A stretch of DNA of 64,000 bases from Patescibacteria group bacterium UBA4787 (GCA_002402995.1 DHGX01000004.1:155670-219669), one strand, 5' to 3'; counted from the stretch's first letter, positions 51,676 to 61,097 are shown. The notes: generated by a model not told the origin, from the sequence alone. Translations and numbers: made by a program.

Positions 51676-53373
51676 ATGGGACATCATCACAAAAAACACC
51701 ACAAAAACACCTTAAAAATTATTTCTTTGGGCGGTTATGAAGAAATCGGAAAAAATTGCACCGCCATAGAGTATAATTCCGATTTAATCATAGTTGACAT
51801 GGGAATACAATTTCCCACCGACGAAATGCCCGGCATCGACTATGTTATTCCCGACATCAATTACATAAAACAGAATCTCGAAAAACTGAAAGGCGTTATT
51901 ATTACGCACGGACATCTTGATCATATTGGCGCCATACCCTATCTCGCGCCAGAGTTGAAAATGCCGACGATTTATAGCATGCCTCTGACCCTGGGCCTTA
52001 TCCACGAACGTTTGGAAGAATTTAATATGGCTAAATCAATGAAACTCAAAACCATTGTGCCGGAAAAATCCTTTAGACTCGGAAAATTTTTTACGATAAC
52101 GCCATTTTTTGTTAACCATAACATCCCAGACAGCGTGGGTTTTTTTATAGAAACACCTATGGGCAACATTGTTCATACTGGTGATTTTAAAATCGATCAA
52201 ACGCCAATTGACCAGCCAGTTATTGATTTGTCAAATATCGGGCAGTATGGCAGACGCGGCATCTTGGCCTTATTGTCAGACAGCACCAATGCTTCTATTC
52301 CGGGCAATACGATGTCTGAAAGAGAAGTTTTCATGAATATTGATAAAAAATTTGCAGAAATTAAAGGACGAATTATTTTCACAAGTTTTTCTACGTTGAT
52401 TTCACGCACTCAAGAAGTAATCTATGTCTGCGCTAAATATAATAAGAAATTAGCCATTTCCGGCTTCTCATTAGAAAAATGCATGAATGTAGCAGCTAAC
52501 CTAAAAAAGCTAACTATCCCTAATAATATTTTAATTAAATTAGAAAATATTAAGAAATATTCAGACAACCAGGTAGTTATCTTGGCTAGCGGCACCCAAG
52601 GAGAAGAACGTTCAGCTCTTTCCAGGATGTCGCGCGGCAAACATCGCGGCGTAAAAATTAAGCGCGGCGACACGGTCATTTTCTCCTCCTCCCCTATCCC
52701 TGGCAACGAGAGCGCCATTCATAAAGTTATGAATAATTTAATTGATCGGGGCGCAAAAGTTATTTACGAACCACTTTTTGGTATGCATACTTCCGGCCAC
52801 GCCAATCAAGATGATTTACGGACTATTATTAATCTTCTTAGACCAAAATATTTCATTCCCGCTCACGGCGAACATTATATGCAAGCCGCTCACATTGAAA
52901 TTGCCGAAAGCTGCGGCATATCGCGGGACAATTGTTTTATGCTCAAGAATGGCAATGTGATAGAATTTAGCGAAGTCGGCGATGGCAAATTAAGCCCTCA
53001 ACAAATTAATTATGAAAATATTATGGTTGACGGTTTGGGCGTGGGCGATGTTAAAAATGTAGTTTTGCGCGATCGTCAAACGATGTCCGAAGCCGGAGTT
53101 TTCGTAGTTATTATCACTGTTGATAAAAATAAAAAAAGAATTATCAACACCGACATCATTTCTCGCGGCTTTGTCTTTATGAAAGAATCGGAAAAACTCA
53201 TTAAAAAAACCAGAGAAGAGGCCGATAAAATTGCCAGAACCTATATACAGGGGCGCGGAAAAAAGATTGACTGGTCTCCATTAAATAATAGAATAAAAGA
53301 TAATATCGGCGAACTCTTATATGCGGAGACTGAACGCCGACCGATGATCCTACCTTTGATTATTGAAATATAA
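51676..53373 (+). CDS. rnj: Ribonuclease J
   Basis: HGHLDHIG metallo-beta-lactamase motif, beta-CASP, C-terminal domain. Confidence 0.85.
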   Translation: MGHHHKKHHKNTLKIISLGGYEEIGKNCTAIEYNSDLIIVDMGIQFPTDEMPGIDYVIPDINYIKQNLEKLKGVIITHGHLDHIGAIPYLAPELKMPTIYSMPLTLGLIHERLEEFNMAKSMKLKTIVPEKSFRLGKFFTITPFFVNHNIPDSVGFFIETPMGNIVHTGDFKIDQTPIDQPVIDLSNIGQYGRRGILALLSDSTNASIPGNTMSEREVFMNIDKKFAEIKGRIIFTSFSTLISRTQEVIYVCAKYNKKLAISGFSLEKCMNVAANLKKLTIPNNILIKLENIKKYSDNQVVILASGTQGEERSALSRMSRGKHRGVKIKRGDTVIFSSSPIPGNESAIHKVMNNLIDRGAKVIYEPLFGMHTSGHANQDDLRTIINLLRPKYFIPAHGEHYMQAAHIEIAESCGISRDNCFMLKNGNVIEFSEVGDGKLSPQQINYENIMVDGLGVGDVKNVVLRDRQTMSEAGVFVVIITVDKNKKRIINTDIISRGFVFMKESEKLIKKTREEADKIARTYIQGRGKKIDWSPLNNRIKDNIGELLYAETERRPMILPLIIEI

Positions 53374-53384
53374 AATAAAAAAAT

Positions 53385-54383
53385 ATGAAAAGATTAATAA
53401 GCGGCGTCCAACCAACAGGCGGAATACATATCGGCAATTATCTAGGCGCCATTAAAAACTGGGTGAAATTACAAGAAAAATACGAGTCGTTTTTTTTTAT
53501 CGCCGACTATCACGCTTTAACCGTTAAACAAGACCTTGAAACTTTTCCTGAAAAAATTCTTAACACCGCCATTAATATTATAGCTTGCGGAATTAATCCC
53601 GACAAATCTCCTTTATTTGTTCAATCCCATATTTTAGAACATGTAAACTTGGGATGGATTTTTAATACAATTACGCCCATAGGAGAATTAAATCGCATGA
53701 CTCAGTATAAAGATAAATCAAAACAGTATTCGGAAAATATTAATGTCGGTCTTTTCACCTATCCAACCTTAATGGCTGCCGACATACTCATTTATAACGC
53801 AGACGTGGTGCCGGTTGGCGAAGACCAATTTCAACATTTAGAATTAACCAGAACAATTGCCCGTAAATTCAATTCTGTTTATAAGTCTGGTTTCTTTAAG
53901 GAACCCGAAGCTATTGCCGCAGCCGGAGCGCGGATTATGAGCTTAACCGATCCGTCAAAAAAAATGAGCAAATCTGGCGGCGTTAACGGCTATATCGCCT
54001 TAACCGACAGCGAAGAAGTTATTTGGCAAAAAGTTTCTAAAGCCGTAACAGATCCGAATCGCCAGAGAAAAACCGATAAAGGCAATCCTCAAAAATGTAA
54101 TCTTTTCTCTTTGCACCAACTATTCTCTTCTCTCGAAGAAATAGAATATGTTGATAAGGGCTGTCGTAACGCCGGCATCGGCTGCCTGGAATGCAAAAAA
54201 ATATTAGCCGACAATATCAACGAAGAAATCGCGCCGATTCGCGAAAAAATTTCCTATTGGCAAAAACCCGAAAACAAAAAAAAGATTATTGAGATACTAA
54301 AACAAGGCGCGGATCGCGTACGGCCGATTGCCCAAGAAAACCTAAAAAAAATAAAACAGATTGTCGGACTTATAGAAATGTAA
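53385..54383 (+). CDS. trpS: Tryptophan--tRNA ligase
   Basis: SGVQPTGGIHIGNYLGA (HIGH region) and KMSKS. Confidence 0.9.
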   Translation: MKRLISGVQPTGGIHIGNYLGAIKNWVKLQEKYESFFFIADYHALTVKQDLETFPEKILNTAINIIACGINPDKSPLFVQSHILEHVNLGWIFNTITPIGELNRMTQYKDKSKQYSENINVGLFTYPTLMAADILIYNADVVPVGEDQFQHLELTRTIARKFNSVYKSGFFKEPEAIAAAGARIMSLTDPSKKMSKSGGVNGYIALTDSEEVIWQKVSKAVTDPNRQRKTDKGNPQKCNLFSLHQLFSSLEEIEYVDKGCRNAGIGCLECKKILADNINEEIAPIREKISYWQKPENKKKIIEILKQGADRVRPIAQENLKKIKQIVGLIEM

Positions 54384-54408
54384 TTTTTTTACACACAAAT
54401 ATATAAAA

Positions 54409-54437
54409 ATCGCCCTTTAAACGGGGTGATTTTTTTA
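54409..54437. terminator. Terminator between convergent trpS and the 637-aa gene
   Basis: ATCGCCC-tttaaac-GGGGTGAT plus TTTTTTT. Confidence 0.55.
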
Positions 54438-54456
54438 TACGAGAATCTATGTAAGG

Positions 54457-56370
54457 TTACGGTTGCACTTTTCCTTTATTGTTGGCGATGGGATCAAAAC
54501 GTAAATTAGTGGTAAGGTGGTCGGTGGATACATTAAAATTCTGTTCGGTAAAACTGTCGTTTCCACTCAAGATTAAATTTTTGAGCAAATCCGCGTAACC
54601 ACCAACCTGATCAACCGTGGGCACTAAAGTTACGGAAAAAGAGATTTCTTTAGGTAAACGCTTGACGCCGTTATAAGGTTCGATTTTATCAATCTTATAA
54701 CTAACCTCTCTACTGCCTTGATTATAGAAGAAATTACTTTCCAATTGACCTTGATCCAATAGAGTTACATTCGCCGGTAAATTGGCTTTAAAATTAACAT
54801 TGTTTATTTCGCTGGAACCGTTCTGAATATAAATATATATTTTATAAGTAGTTTCTTCGCCTACTTTGGCCGGCAAAATACCACGCCCGATTTTAACCAT
54901 TTCGTCGCTGTAATATCTAGCTTCGCCTGTAAGACTTATCTGATTGCTGATTTTATAATCATAGGAAGGAGTATTAATAAAGAATTTCTCGTCAGAAGAA
55001 TTAAGACCGTTAATTTTTAATAAAAGACTCAGGGTGGGATTAATACTTTTTCTAATGGCAAAATCTTTGAAAGAACTTAATTTCATTTTAAAACTTATCT
55101 CCCCTTTCTCGCCGGCCGAAATTTTACTAAGTATAGGCAATTGATTTTTATCCCATTCTAAAATTTTATTCGAAGAAGTTCGCCAAACGGAAGAAACTAT
55201 CGCGCTATTTTCTTTGGTCAAATCTTTCCATGACCAATCTGATCGAGTTAAATAACGCCAATCAACGATATCGCCATTTTTAATTTCCAAATCTATTGTT
55301 AAATCTTTTAGGTATTGATCACTGTTATTTTCATAATGCAAAACAACCGGCAATTCTTGTTGCCAATCCAAAACAGGCGTATCGCTTTCTATTTTTAAAC
55401 TAGCCGACAAAAACGGCATAGTTAAATTAAGGTCAAATGTCATTTCTTGCTGGGCGAAAAATATCTGGCTATCTTTAAACAGACCGACGGTTATCTTCAA
55501 AGACCGATTCAGACTAGTAAAATCATCAAAATACGCGCTAAAACTCAAAGACAAAGGATCTCCCGCGCCCAAAATAGAAATATCGATGTATTTTTTTTGG
55601 CTTGCGTCTTGATTAAGACGATAGTTCGTATTGTCCGATTCGTTGAGAGAATCAACAATAAAATCTTTACCCCCATCAATATAAATTCTCACATTTTGTA
55701 TGGCGTCTTCGGTCAAATTTTCAATTTTTATTCCCCAATCGGCCTCTTGGCCGATAATTGCGTCCGACGGCGATAACATTTCAAAGTTGACGACGGACTC
55801 AACGTTAACTTCTTTCTCGGCATCCATAGCAAATTTTGACGTAAAATCCACCAAATAATAATCAAGCTTAGCTGATAATTTTTGTTTATTGATTATTGAG
55901 CTTTCTGTGAACCGCCCACCGAAAGAAATCTCTTTAATTTCGCCTTTTTTCAATTTAAAAATCGACCAATCGCAGCCGCTTGAAAGCCTGACGCTACATG
56001 GTTCAGAAAGACTGCTTTCGTCCAATTCAAAACTCTCTGGCCAATTCACGACAAGTTCAGCGCTTTTCAGGTCGGACTTTTCTTGATTGTTAATAATAAT
56101 CTTGAACTGATTGGACTCAAAGCTTTTAATCTTATTCGGCGAAATAATATTTATTGATATTTTTTTGTTTTGCCCGCCGACACCAGGAGCGTTATTGCCA
56201 AAATACACAAAACCAGCCAAAATCGCAACAGCCGAAAGAAAAAGTATAACAAAAAGAATAATCAAAAATCGCGGCCAAATTGGTTTATTGTATTTGACGA
56301 AATCTTTATAGTTATCGGTGGTTTTATTTTTATAATAACCCGCCAATTCCTCAAGTGAGGTTTTTTGCAT
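54457..56370 (-). CDS. Hypothetical N-terminally anchored, beta-rich extracytoplasmic protein
   Basis: Single N-terminal TM; 637 aa; no recognisable catalytic motif. Confidence 0.35.
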   Translation of the reverse strand: MQKTSLEELAGYYKNKTTDNYKDFVKYNKPIWPRFLIILFVILFLSAVAILAGFVYFGNNAPGVGGQNKKISINIISPNKIKSFESNQFKIIINNQEKSDLKSAELVVNWPESFELDESSLSEPCSVRLSSGCDWSIFKLKKGEIKEISFGGRFTESSIINKQKLSAKLDYYLVDFTSKFAMDAEKEVNVESVVNFEMLSPSDAIIGQEADWGIKIENLTEDAIQNVRIYIDGGKDFIVDSLNESDNTNYRLNQDASQKKYIDISILGAGDPLSLSFSAYFDDFTSLNRSLKITVGLFKDSQIFFAQQEMTFDLNLTMPFLSASLKIESDTPVLDWQQELPVVLHYENNSDQYLKDLTIDLEIKNGDIVDWRYLTRSDWSWKDLTKENSAIVSSVWRTSSNKILEWDKNQLPILSKISAGEKGEISFKMKLSSFKDFAIRKSINPTLSLLLKINGLNSSDEKFFINTPSYDYKISNQISLTGEARYYSDEMVKIGRGILPAKVGEETTYKIYIYIQNGSSEINNVNFKANLPANVTLLDQGQLESNFFYNQGSREVSYKIDKIEPYNGVKRLPKEISFSVTLVPTVDQVGGYADLLKNLILSGNDSFTEQNFNVSTDHLTTNLRFDPIANNKGKVQP

Positions 56371-56431
56371 ATAAATATTATTTCTTTTTTTCCGTTACCT
56401 CTATATTGTTTAATCTTTGTAGTTTCTTTAT

Positions 56432-56516
56432 ACTTGCTTCGCTTCGTGAAATCGGCTCGCTACGGAATCAGACAAAAATTCTTTTTGCCTGTTCCTCCGC
56501 TCAACAATTATAAAGG
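56432..56516 (-). repeat. Repeat family B, partial inverted copy (lacks the GC hairpin)
   Basis: rc ~85% identical to the 39051-39105 core plus right flank. Confidence 0.5.
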
Positions 56517-56530
56517 GCATTAACCCTGTG

Positions 56531-57769
56531 TTATCCGCGCTCGCTCGGAAGGACAAGCGAGCTTGTCTTTCTCTCGCTCGCTTGATAATAAAATTTAATG
56601 GTTTCCTTTGCCGTATCTTCCCAACTAAATTCTTTAGCTCTTTCTCGACCAGATTTGCTTAAGTCGTGCCATAGATGCGTATCGGTCAAAAGATCTGACA
56701 TGGCTTGGGCAATCTCGGAAACATTAAAGGGGTCAACTAAAATAGCGTGCCCCCTGGCTATTTCCGGCATTGAAGAAATATTACTGGTTATCACCGGCAC
56801 GCCATTAGCCATAGCTTCTAAAATTGGCAGGCCGAAACCCTCGTAAAGACTGGGAAAAATAAAAAATTTGGCGCCCTGAAATAAAGGGTCCAAATCTTCC
56901 GGATCTATATAGCCTGGAAGCAAAATATCGTCTTTATATTTTGAATCATTGATCCTTTCAAAAATTTGATCATATTGGTTGCCCGGCTTGCCGGCTAAAA
57001 CTAATTGGTATTTAGACAATAAATGATTAATGCTTGACTGTTCTTCGGCTTGAGAGGCTTGTGGCAGTTCAATTAATTTATCTCTTAATCTTTCGTAAGA
57101 TTCTACGATACGAAAAACATTTTTCCGGCTATCTATTGTTCCTAAAAACAAAACGTAGTTCGCGCCAATACCTAACCTGGTTTTAACTTTTTCAATTTCT
57201 CCTGAGGGTACTTGCCTAAAAAACCTCTTGTCTACTCCATGATAAATTAATTTTATATTCTCGCTTTTTACTGAAAAAATATCCTGAATGTCTTTTTTCG
57301 TTGATTGAGAAACGGTTATTATTTTTTCGGCCTGTTTAACCGCGGAAGAGGTATTTGAATACAACATTTTCCGCTCTTTTTCGGAATAGAGCTCCGGAAA
57401 CTTATAAACCGCTAGATCGTGAATCGTAATTATTGAAGGATAACTATAAGAGCTTGGCAAATCGGCTGTCGGCGAATGGAAAACGTCAAGTTTTTCTTTG
57501 GCTAAAAGAGCGCTAGCCAAAAAATTAGAATAAGATTGAGGCAAGAATTTCCTATATTGGACGAATGGGAAAAATTTAATTTCTACATTATCTTCCTCGA
57601 ATTTTGATAAACGCCTATTAGCTACCCCTCGATCAAAGAATAAAACATAAAAATTATCTTTATCAACTTCAAGTAAATGCCTTACTAATTGATAAGTATA
57701 ATGCCCCACTCCGGCCGCTTCCCCTTTCTCGGGATTTAAAATTGTACGACAGTCAATTCCTATTTTCAT
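56531..57769 (-). CDS. Glycosyltransferase family 4 (GT-B)
   Basis: EGFGLPILEAMANGVPVITSN. Start placed at MKIGIDCRT (ATG at 57769). Last ~15 codons and the stop are supplied by an A-family-like palindromic repeat (56536-56593). Confidence 0.75.
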   Translation of the reverse strand: MKIGIDCRTILNPEKGEAAGVGHYTYQLVRHLLEVDKDNFYVLFFDRGVANRRLSKFEEDNVEIKFFPFVQYRKFLPQSYSNFLASALLAKEKLDVFHSPTADLPSSYSYPSIITIHDLAVYKFPELYSEKERKMLYSNTSSAVKQAEKIITVSQSTKKDIQDIFSVKSENIKLIYHGVDKRFFRQVPSGEIEKVKTRLGIGANYVLFLGTIDSRKNVFRIVESYERLRDKLIELPQASQAEEQSSINHLLSKYQLVLAGKPGNQYDQIFERINDSKYKDDILLPGYIDPEDLDPLFQGAKFFIFPSLYEGFGLPILEAMANGVPVITSNISSMPEIARGHAILVDPFNVSEIAQAMSDLLTDTHLWHDLSKSGRERAKEFSWEDTAKETIKFYYQASERKTSSLVLPSERG

Positions 57770-57873
57770 AATGTATTTATTATACTCGCTACGCTCGTAA
57801 AATTGGTTCGCCCCGCTTCGCCGGAGCTCTCGCCACGCTAACGCGTTGGCGTAGCGGGTTAGCGAGGCGAGTC

Positions 57874-58081
57874 GGAGCCAAATCAAAAGAAGATTTTTGT
57901 TTGACGTCCTCGCTCATTCATTATAAGCAAAGCTTGAAATTTCTTCGCTCGGAGTCAAATCAAAAGAAGACTTTTGTTTGACGTCCTCGCTCATTCATTA
58001 TAAGCAAAGCTTGAAATTTCTTCGCTCGGAGTCAAATCAAAAGAAGACTTTTGTTTGACGTCCTCGCTCATTCATTATAAC
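57874..58081 (+). repeat. Tandem repeat, 77-bp unit x about 2.7
   Basis: Units start at 57874, 57951 and 58028 and are >95% identical; contains a TTATAAG/TATAAT-like box. Confidence 0.8.
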
Positions 58082-58184
58082 AAAAATTAATAAAATTTCA
58101 ATCGACTGTGGATAATCAAAAAACCTAAATTGTAGACCGAAAGGGGTTTACAAAATAACTATTTTTTGCTATAGTTTAATAACT

Positions 58185-58634
58185 ATGCCGATTGAAACGA
58201 CCAACAAAAAAGCCTTTTTTGATTATCAAATACTTGAAAAATATGAAACGGGCATAGTTTTGACTGGTCCGGAAGTTCGTTCTATTAAAGAGGGCGGCGT
58301 CAGTTTAGCCGGGGCTTACGTCGTCATCGACGAAAAACTGAATCCTTTGTTGATTAACGCCCATATATCCCCTTATAAATATGCCGCGAATCAGATCAAG
58401 TACGACGCCGTTCGCTCCCGCAAACTGCTTTTGAAGAAAAAAGAATTGAATTATCTTCTAGGAAAAACAAGAGTAAAAGGCTTGACATTGATACCTCTTA
58501 AAATATATACTAAGGGTGGTTTGATAAAAATAGAGATTGGTTTGGCAAAACACAAACGATCGATAGATAAGCGAGAAATCGTCAAAAAAAGAGAATTAGA
58601 CCGGGTCATCAAACAGAGTTTTAAAAGTTATTAG
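58185..58634 (+). CDS. smpB: SsrA-binding protein SmpB
   Basis: Conserved SmpB sequence (GIVLTGPEVRSIK...KLLLKKKEL...KIEIGLAKHKR). Confidence 0.85.
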   Translation: MPIETTNKKAFFDYQILEKYETGIVLTGPEVRSIKEGGVSLAGAYVVIDEKLNPLLINAHISPYKYAANQIKYDAVRSRKLLLKKKELNYLLGKTRVKGLTLIPLKIYTKGGLIKIEIGLAKHKRSIDKREIVKKRELDRVIKQSFKSY

Positions 58635-58647
58635 ATTATAATTGGCA

Positions 58648-58694
58648 GCGAGGATGTCAAACAAAAGTCTTCTTTTGATTTGACTCCGAGCGAA
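58648..58694 (-). repeat. Inverted partial copy of the 77-bp repeat unit
   Basis: GCGAGGATGTCAAACAAAAGTCTTCTTTTGATTTGACTCCGAGCGAA equals the rc of the unit with one mismatch. Confidence 0.7.
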
Positions 58695-58820
58695 CCAATT
58701 TCACGAAGCGAAACGAGTATAATTGGTGACCGGAGGAACAGACAAATTTTTTGTCTGATTCCGGACTTGCCCCGTCCAACGGCGGGGGTGAACCAATTTC
58801 ACAAACAAAAGAAGTATATT
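58683..58820 (+). repeat. Repeat family B copy 2 (flank-core-flank, ~107-bp period), ending at the tmRNA 5' end
   Basis: GAACCAATTTCAC...GTATAAT flank occurs at 58688 and 58795; core is ~85% identical to 39061-39143. Confidence 0.6.
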
Positions 58821-59198
58821 GGGGATGAATAAAATCGACGAGAAAGAACAGATAAAGATGGCTTTCCGCTCGAAGGTAAGCGCGTTCCTTCAAAAATACA
58901 AATGCCAATTTATTTGGTAGACTAAAGCAAGCTTCTCAGCCTGCTTATAGTCTTGCTGTGGCTTAACAAAGCCGTGGCCGCTAAAAGTTTGACTCCTGTT
59001 AAAACTTGAAGCGCTTAATCAGCAGGATTAGCTTAAACGAATCCGGCCTAATTCGTTTGGCGAAACAAATTTGGCCATGGTTAATATGGATTTTGTTTGG
59101 TTTTTACCATAATAACCGAGATCAAAACCGAACTACGAAGGTAGAGGTCTTTATTTAACTTTCTTCGGACGGGGGTGAAATACCCCCCATCTCCACCA
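58821..59198 (+). ncRNA. ssrA: tmRNA (ssrA)
   Basis: 5' GGGGATGAATAAAATCGACGAG resembles the E. coli tmRNA 5' end; 3' GGACGGGGGTGAAATACCCCCCATCTCCACCA forms a T-arm-like hairpin and a 7-bp acceptor with G3-U70; internal tag reading frame ...ASQPAYSLAVA-stop (58904-58966); adjacent to smpB. Confidence 0.75.
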
Positions 59199-59229
59199 AA
59201 ATTAATTTTAATTAAGTAACGAAAAAACT

Positions 59230-59727
59230 ATTAAGTACTATCACCTTAATCAAAATATCCGCGCTCTTCAAGTAAAATTAATCGACGACGAGGGAAATTT
59301 TATTGGCATAACGAATACGTCAGACGCTATTCAAATGGCCAAAGAAAAAGGTTTCGATTTGGTAGAAATTAATCCCAAAGAAGATCCGCCCATTGCCAAG
59401 ATAATGGATTTCGGACAATTCAAATACCAAATGGCCAAGAATGAAAAAAAACAAAAGCCGAAATCACTTGAAATTAAGGTTATAAAACTATCCGTAAGAA
59501 TCGGACAACACGATATTGAGCTTAAAGCCGCGCAAGCCAAAAAATTAATGGAAAGAGGAAATAAGATAAAAGTTGAAGTTTTTCTAAGGGGCCGAGAAAG
59601 GATGCACGCCAATTTGGGCGAAGAAATAATTAAAAAATTTATTGAAATTATCAAAGAATATATTAAAATAGAACAGCCGATAGCTAAAGTCGGAAATGCT
59701 ATTTCCGCCATTCTAACTAAAAAATAA
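59230..59727 (+). CDS. infC: Translation initiation factor IF-3, probable non-AUG (AUU) start
   Basis: The annotated ORF (ATG 59335) gives only the C-terminal part. The in-frame upstream extension encodes INQNIRALQVKLIDDEGNFIGITNTSDAIQMAKEKGFDLVEI, matching the IF3 N-domain. Candidate start ATT at 59230. Confidence 0.65.
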   Translation: MKYYHLNQNIRALQVKLIDDEGNFIGITNTSDAIQMAKEKGFDLVEINPKEDPPIAKIMDFGQFKYQMAKNEKKQKPKSLEIKVIKLSVRIGQHDIELKAAQAKKLMERGNKIKVEVFLRGRERMHANLGEEIIKKFIEIIKEYIKIEQPIAKVGNAISAILTKK

Positions 59728-59732
59728 AAGAT

Positions 59733-59927
59733 ATGAAGAAAAAAACGAAAAAATTAATTTCCAAAAGATTCGTTATCAAGGGCAAGAAAAAAAATAGAAA
59801 ACTAATGCATCTATCCTGCGGTAGCGCTCACTTCAACGCTAAAGAGAAAGGAAAAACCACTAAGAATAAAAGAAGGTCCAAAGTTTTATCTAATAGGATC
59901 AAAAAAGTGATTATAAAATATATATGA
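59733..59927 (+). CDS. rpmI: Ribosomal protein L35
   Basis: 64-aa very basic protein directly after infC. Confidence 0.7.
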   Translation: MKKKTKKLISKRFVIKGKKKNRKLMHLSCGSAHFNAKEKGKTTKNKRRSKVLSNRIKKVIIKYI

Positions 59928-60075
59928 TGGGCATTAACCCCTTGTTTTGTCTTCGCTCGGAGAAAATGTAAAACTGTCGTTTCTCATTTTACTCTTCACT
60001 CGACAAAATAAAATATTTTTGGTTTAATTTATTTAATTTAAAAGAATAATATTTTAAGAATAATATTTTAAATAT

Positions 60076-60420
60076 ATGGCGAGAGTTAAACGCGGCAAAG
60101 CGCATTTAAAACACAGAAAACATCTTCTTAGGCAAGCTAAGGGTTATCGGTGGGGGCGAAAAAGCAAAATAAAATTAGCCAAAACGGCTATTTATAAAGC
60201 TGGGGCTTATGCTTATCGTGACCGCAGAGCCAAAAAAAGAACTATGCGCGCCCTGTGGCAAATTCGCATAAACGCCGCCTGTCGAGAAGCCGGATTAAGT
60301 TATAGCAAATTTATCAATTTATTAAAAATAAATAAGATTGACTTAGATAGAAAAATCCTGGCCGACCTAGCCCTGAACAATCCTGAAGTCTTTAAAAAGA
60401 TAGTTGGGAAAATCAGTTAG
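60076..60420 (+). CDS. rplT: Ribosomal protein L20
   Basis: MARVKRGKAHLKHRK..., canonical L20. Confidence 0.9.
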   Translation: MARVKRGKAHLKHRKHLLRQAKGYRWGRKSKIKLAKTAIYKAGAYAYRDRRAKKRTMRALWQIRINAACREAGLSYSKFINLLKINKIDLDRKILADLALNNPEVFKKIVGKIS

Positions 60421-60527
60421 TTCGCCGCGATTTTATTTGCGAGCGAGCGAGAGAAGAGCAAATGAATTTGCTTTTCCGAGCGAGCGAAGCAAACACAGGA
60501 TTTTATTATCCTTTATCTGATATAATT

Positions 60528-60602
60528 GGTCGCGTGGTGTAGCCCGGTTAACACGCCTCCCTGTCACGGAGGAGATCGAGGGTTCGAATCCCTTCGCGAC
60601 CG
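60528..60602 (+). tRNA. tRNA-Asp (anticodon GUC)
   Basis: GGTCGCG...CTGTCAC loop...GAGGG-TTCGAAT-CCCTT-CGCGACC-G; TATAAT 3 nt upstream. Confidence 0.8.
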
Positions 60603-60727
60603 CTTTTATAAATTATAGATAGGATTCGAACGCCGGAACGATTTTCGCCAGCAGGCGAAAACGCGAGGCGGTGCCTAGCCCGAGGAACGCGACTGGCGCG
60701 ACGAGAGGCGAAGGCGAATCCCTTCGC
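60603..60727 (+). repeat. GC-rich ~105-bp insert ending in a 19-bp duplicate of the tRNA-Asp 3' end (CGAATCCCTTCGCGACCGC)
   Basis: Direct repeat of tRNA-Asp 60584-60602 at 60709-60727; 10-bp-stem hairpin at 60641-60668. Confidence 0.6.
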
Positions 60728-60823
60728 GACCGCTTTTTACAATATTTATAAAATTCCGCCTGCTTGGGCGGAATTTTATTATTTATATCTCTTGTTTATA
60801 TTTATTTATTTATTTATTAATTA

Positions 60824-61075
60824 TTATTTCTCTCTTTTTTTCACGAAAAATGCTTCGTCGCCGCTGGAAATATTCAAATCCGTCAAAGGAACGCCTGGAA
60901 ACTCTTCCTCTACAATTTTTATAAATTCGGTAATCGAGGGAGCCGGATGAGCTAAAAAAGAAAATTCAACAATTTTTTCTCCTTCGTGCTCTACCACCCA
61001 ATATCTCTTTTTGTAGTCAATTTTTTGTTCTGTCGCATCCTCAAATGCTTGAGGGGCCACACCTTTTTCAGTCAT
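60824..61075 (-). CDS. Hypothetical small acidic protein
   Basis: ORF only. Confidence 0.3.
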   Translation of the reverse strand: MTEKGVAPQAFEDATEQKIDYKKRYWVVEHEGEKIVEFSFLAHPAPSITEFIKIVEEEFPGVPLTDLNISSGDEAFFVKKREK

Positions 61076-61097
61076 ATATTTATTTTACTCTATAAAA

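Noticed and set aside
57874-58081. Possible CRISPR array
   Set aside because: The units are 77 bp, directly abutting and with no unique spacers between them. This is a simple tandem repeat, not a repeat-spacer array, and there are no cas genes.
58657-58908. 83-aa minus-strand ORF from the track
   Set aside because: It lies entirely over the inverted 77-bp repeat copy, the family-B repeat and the 5' part of the tmRNA, and has no SD. It is a non-coding region read in frame.
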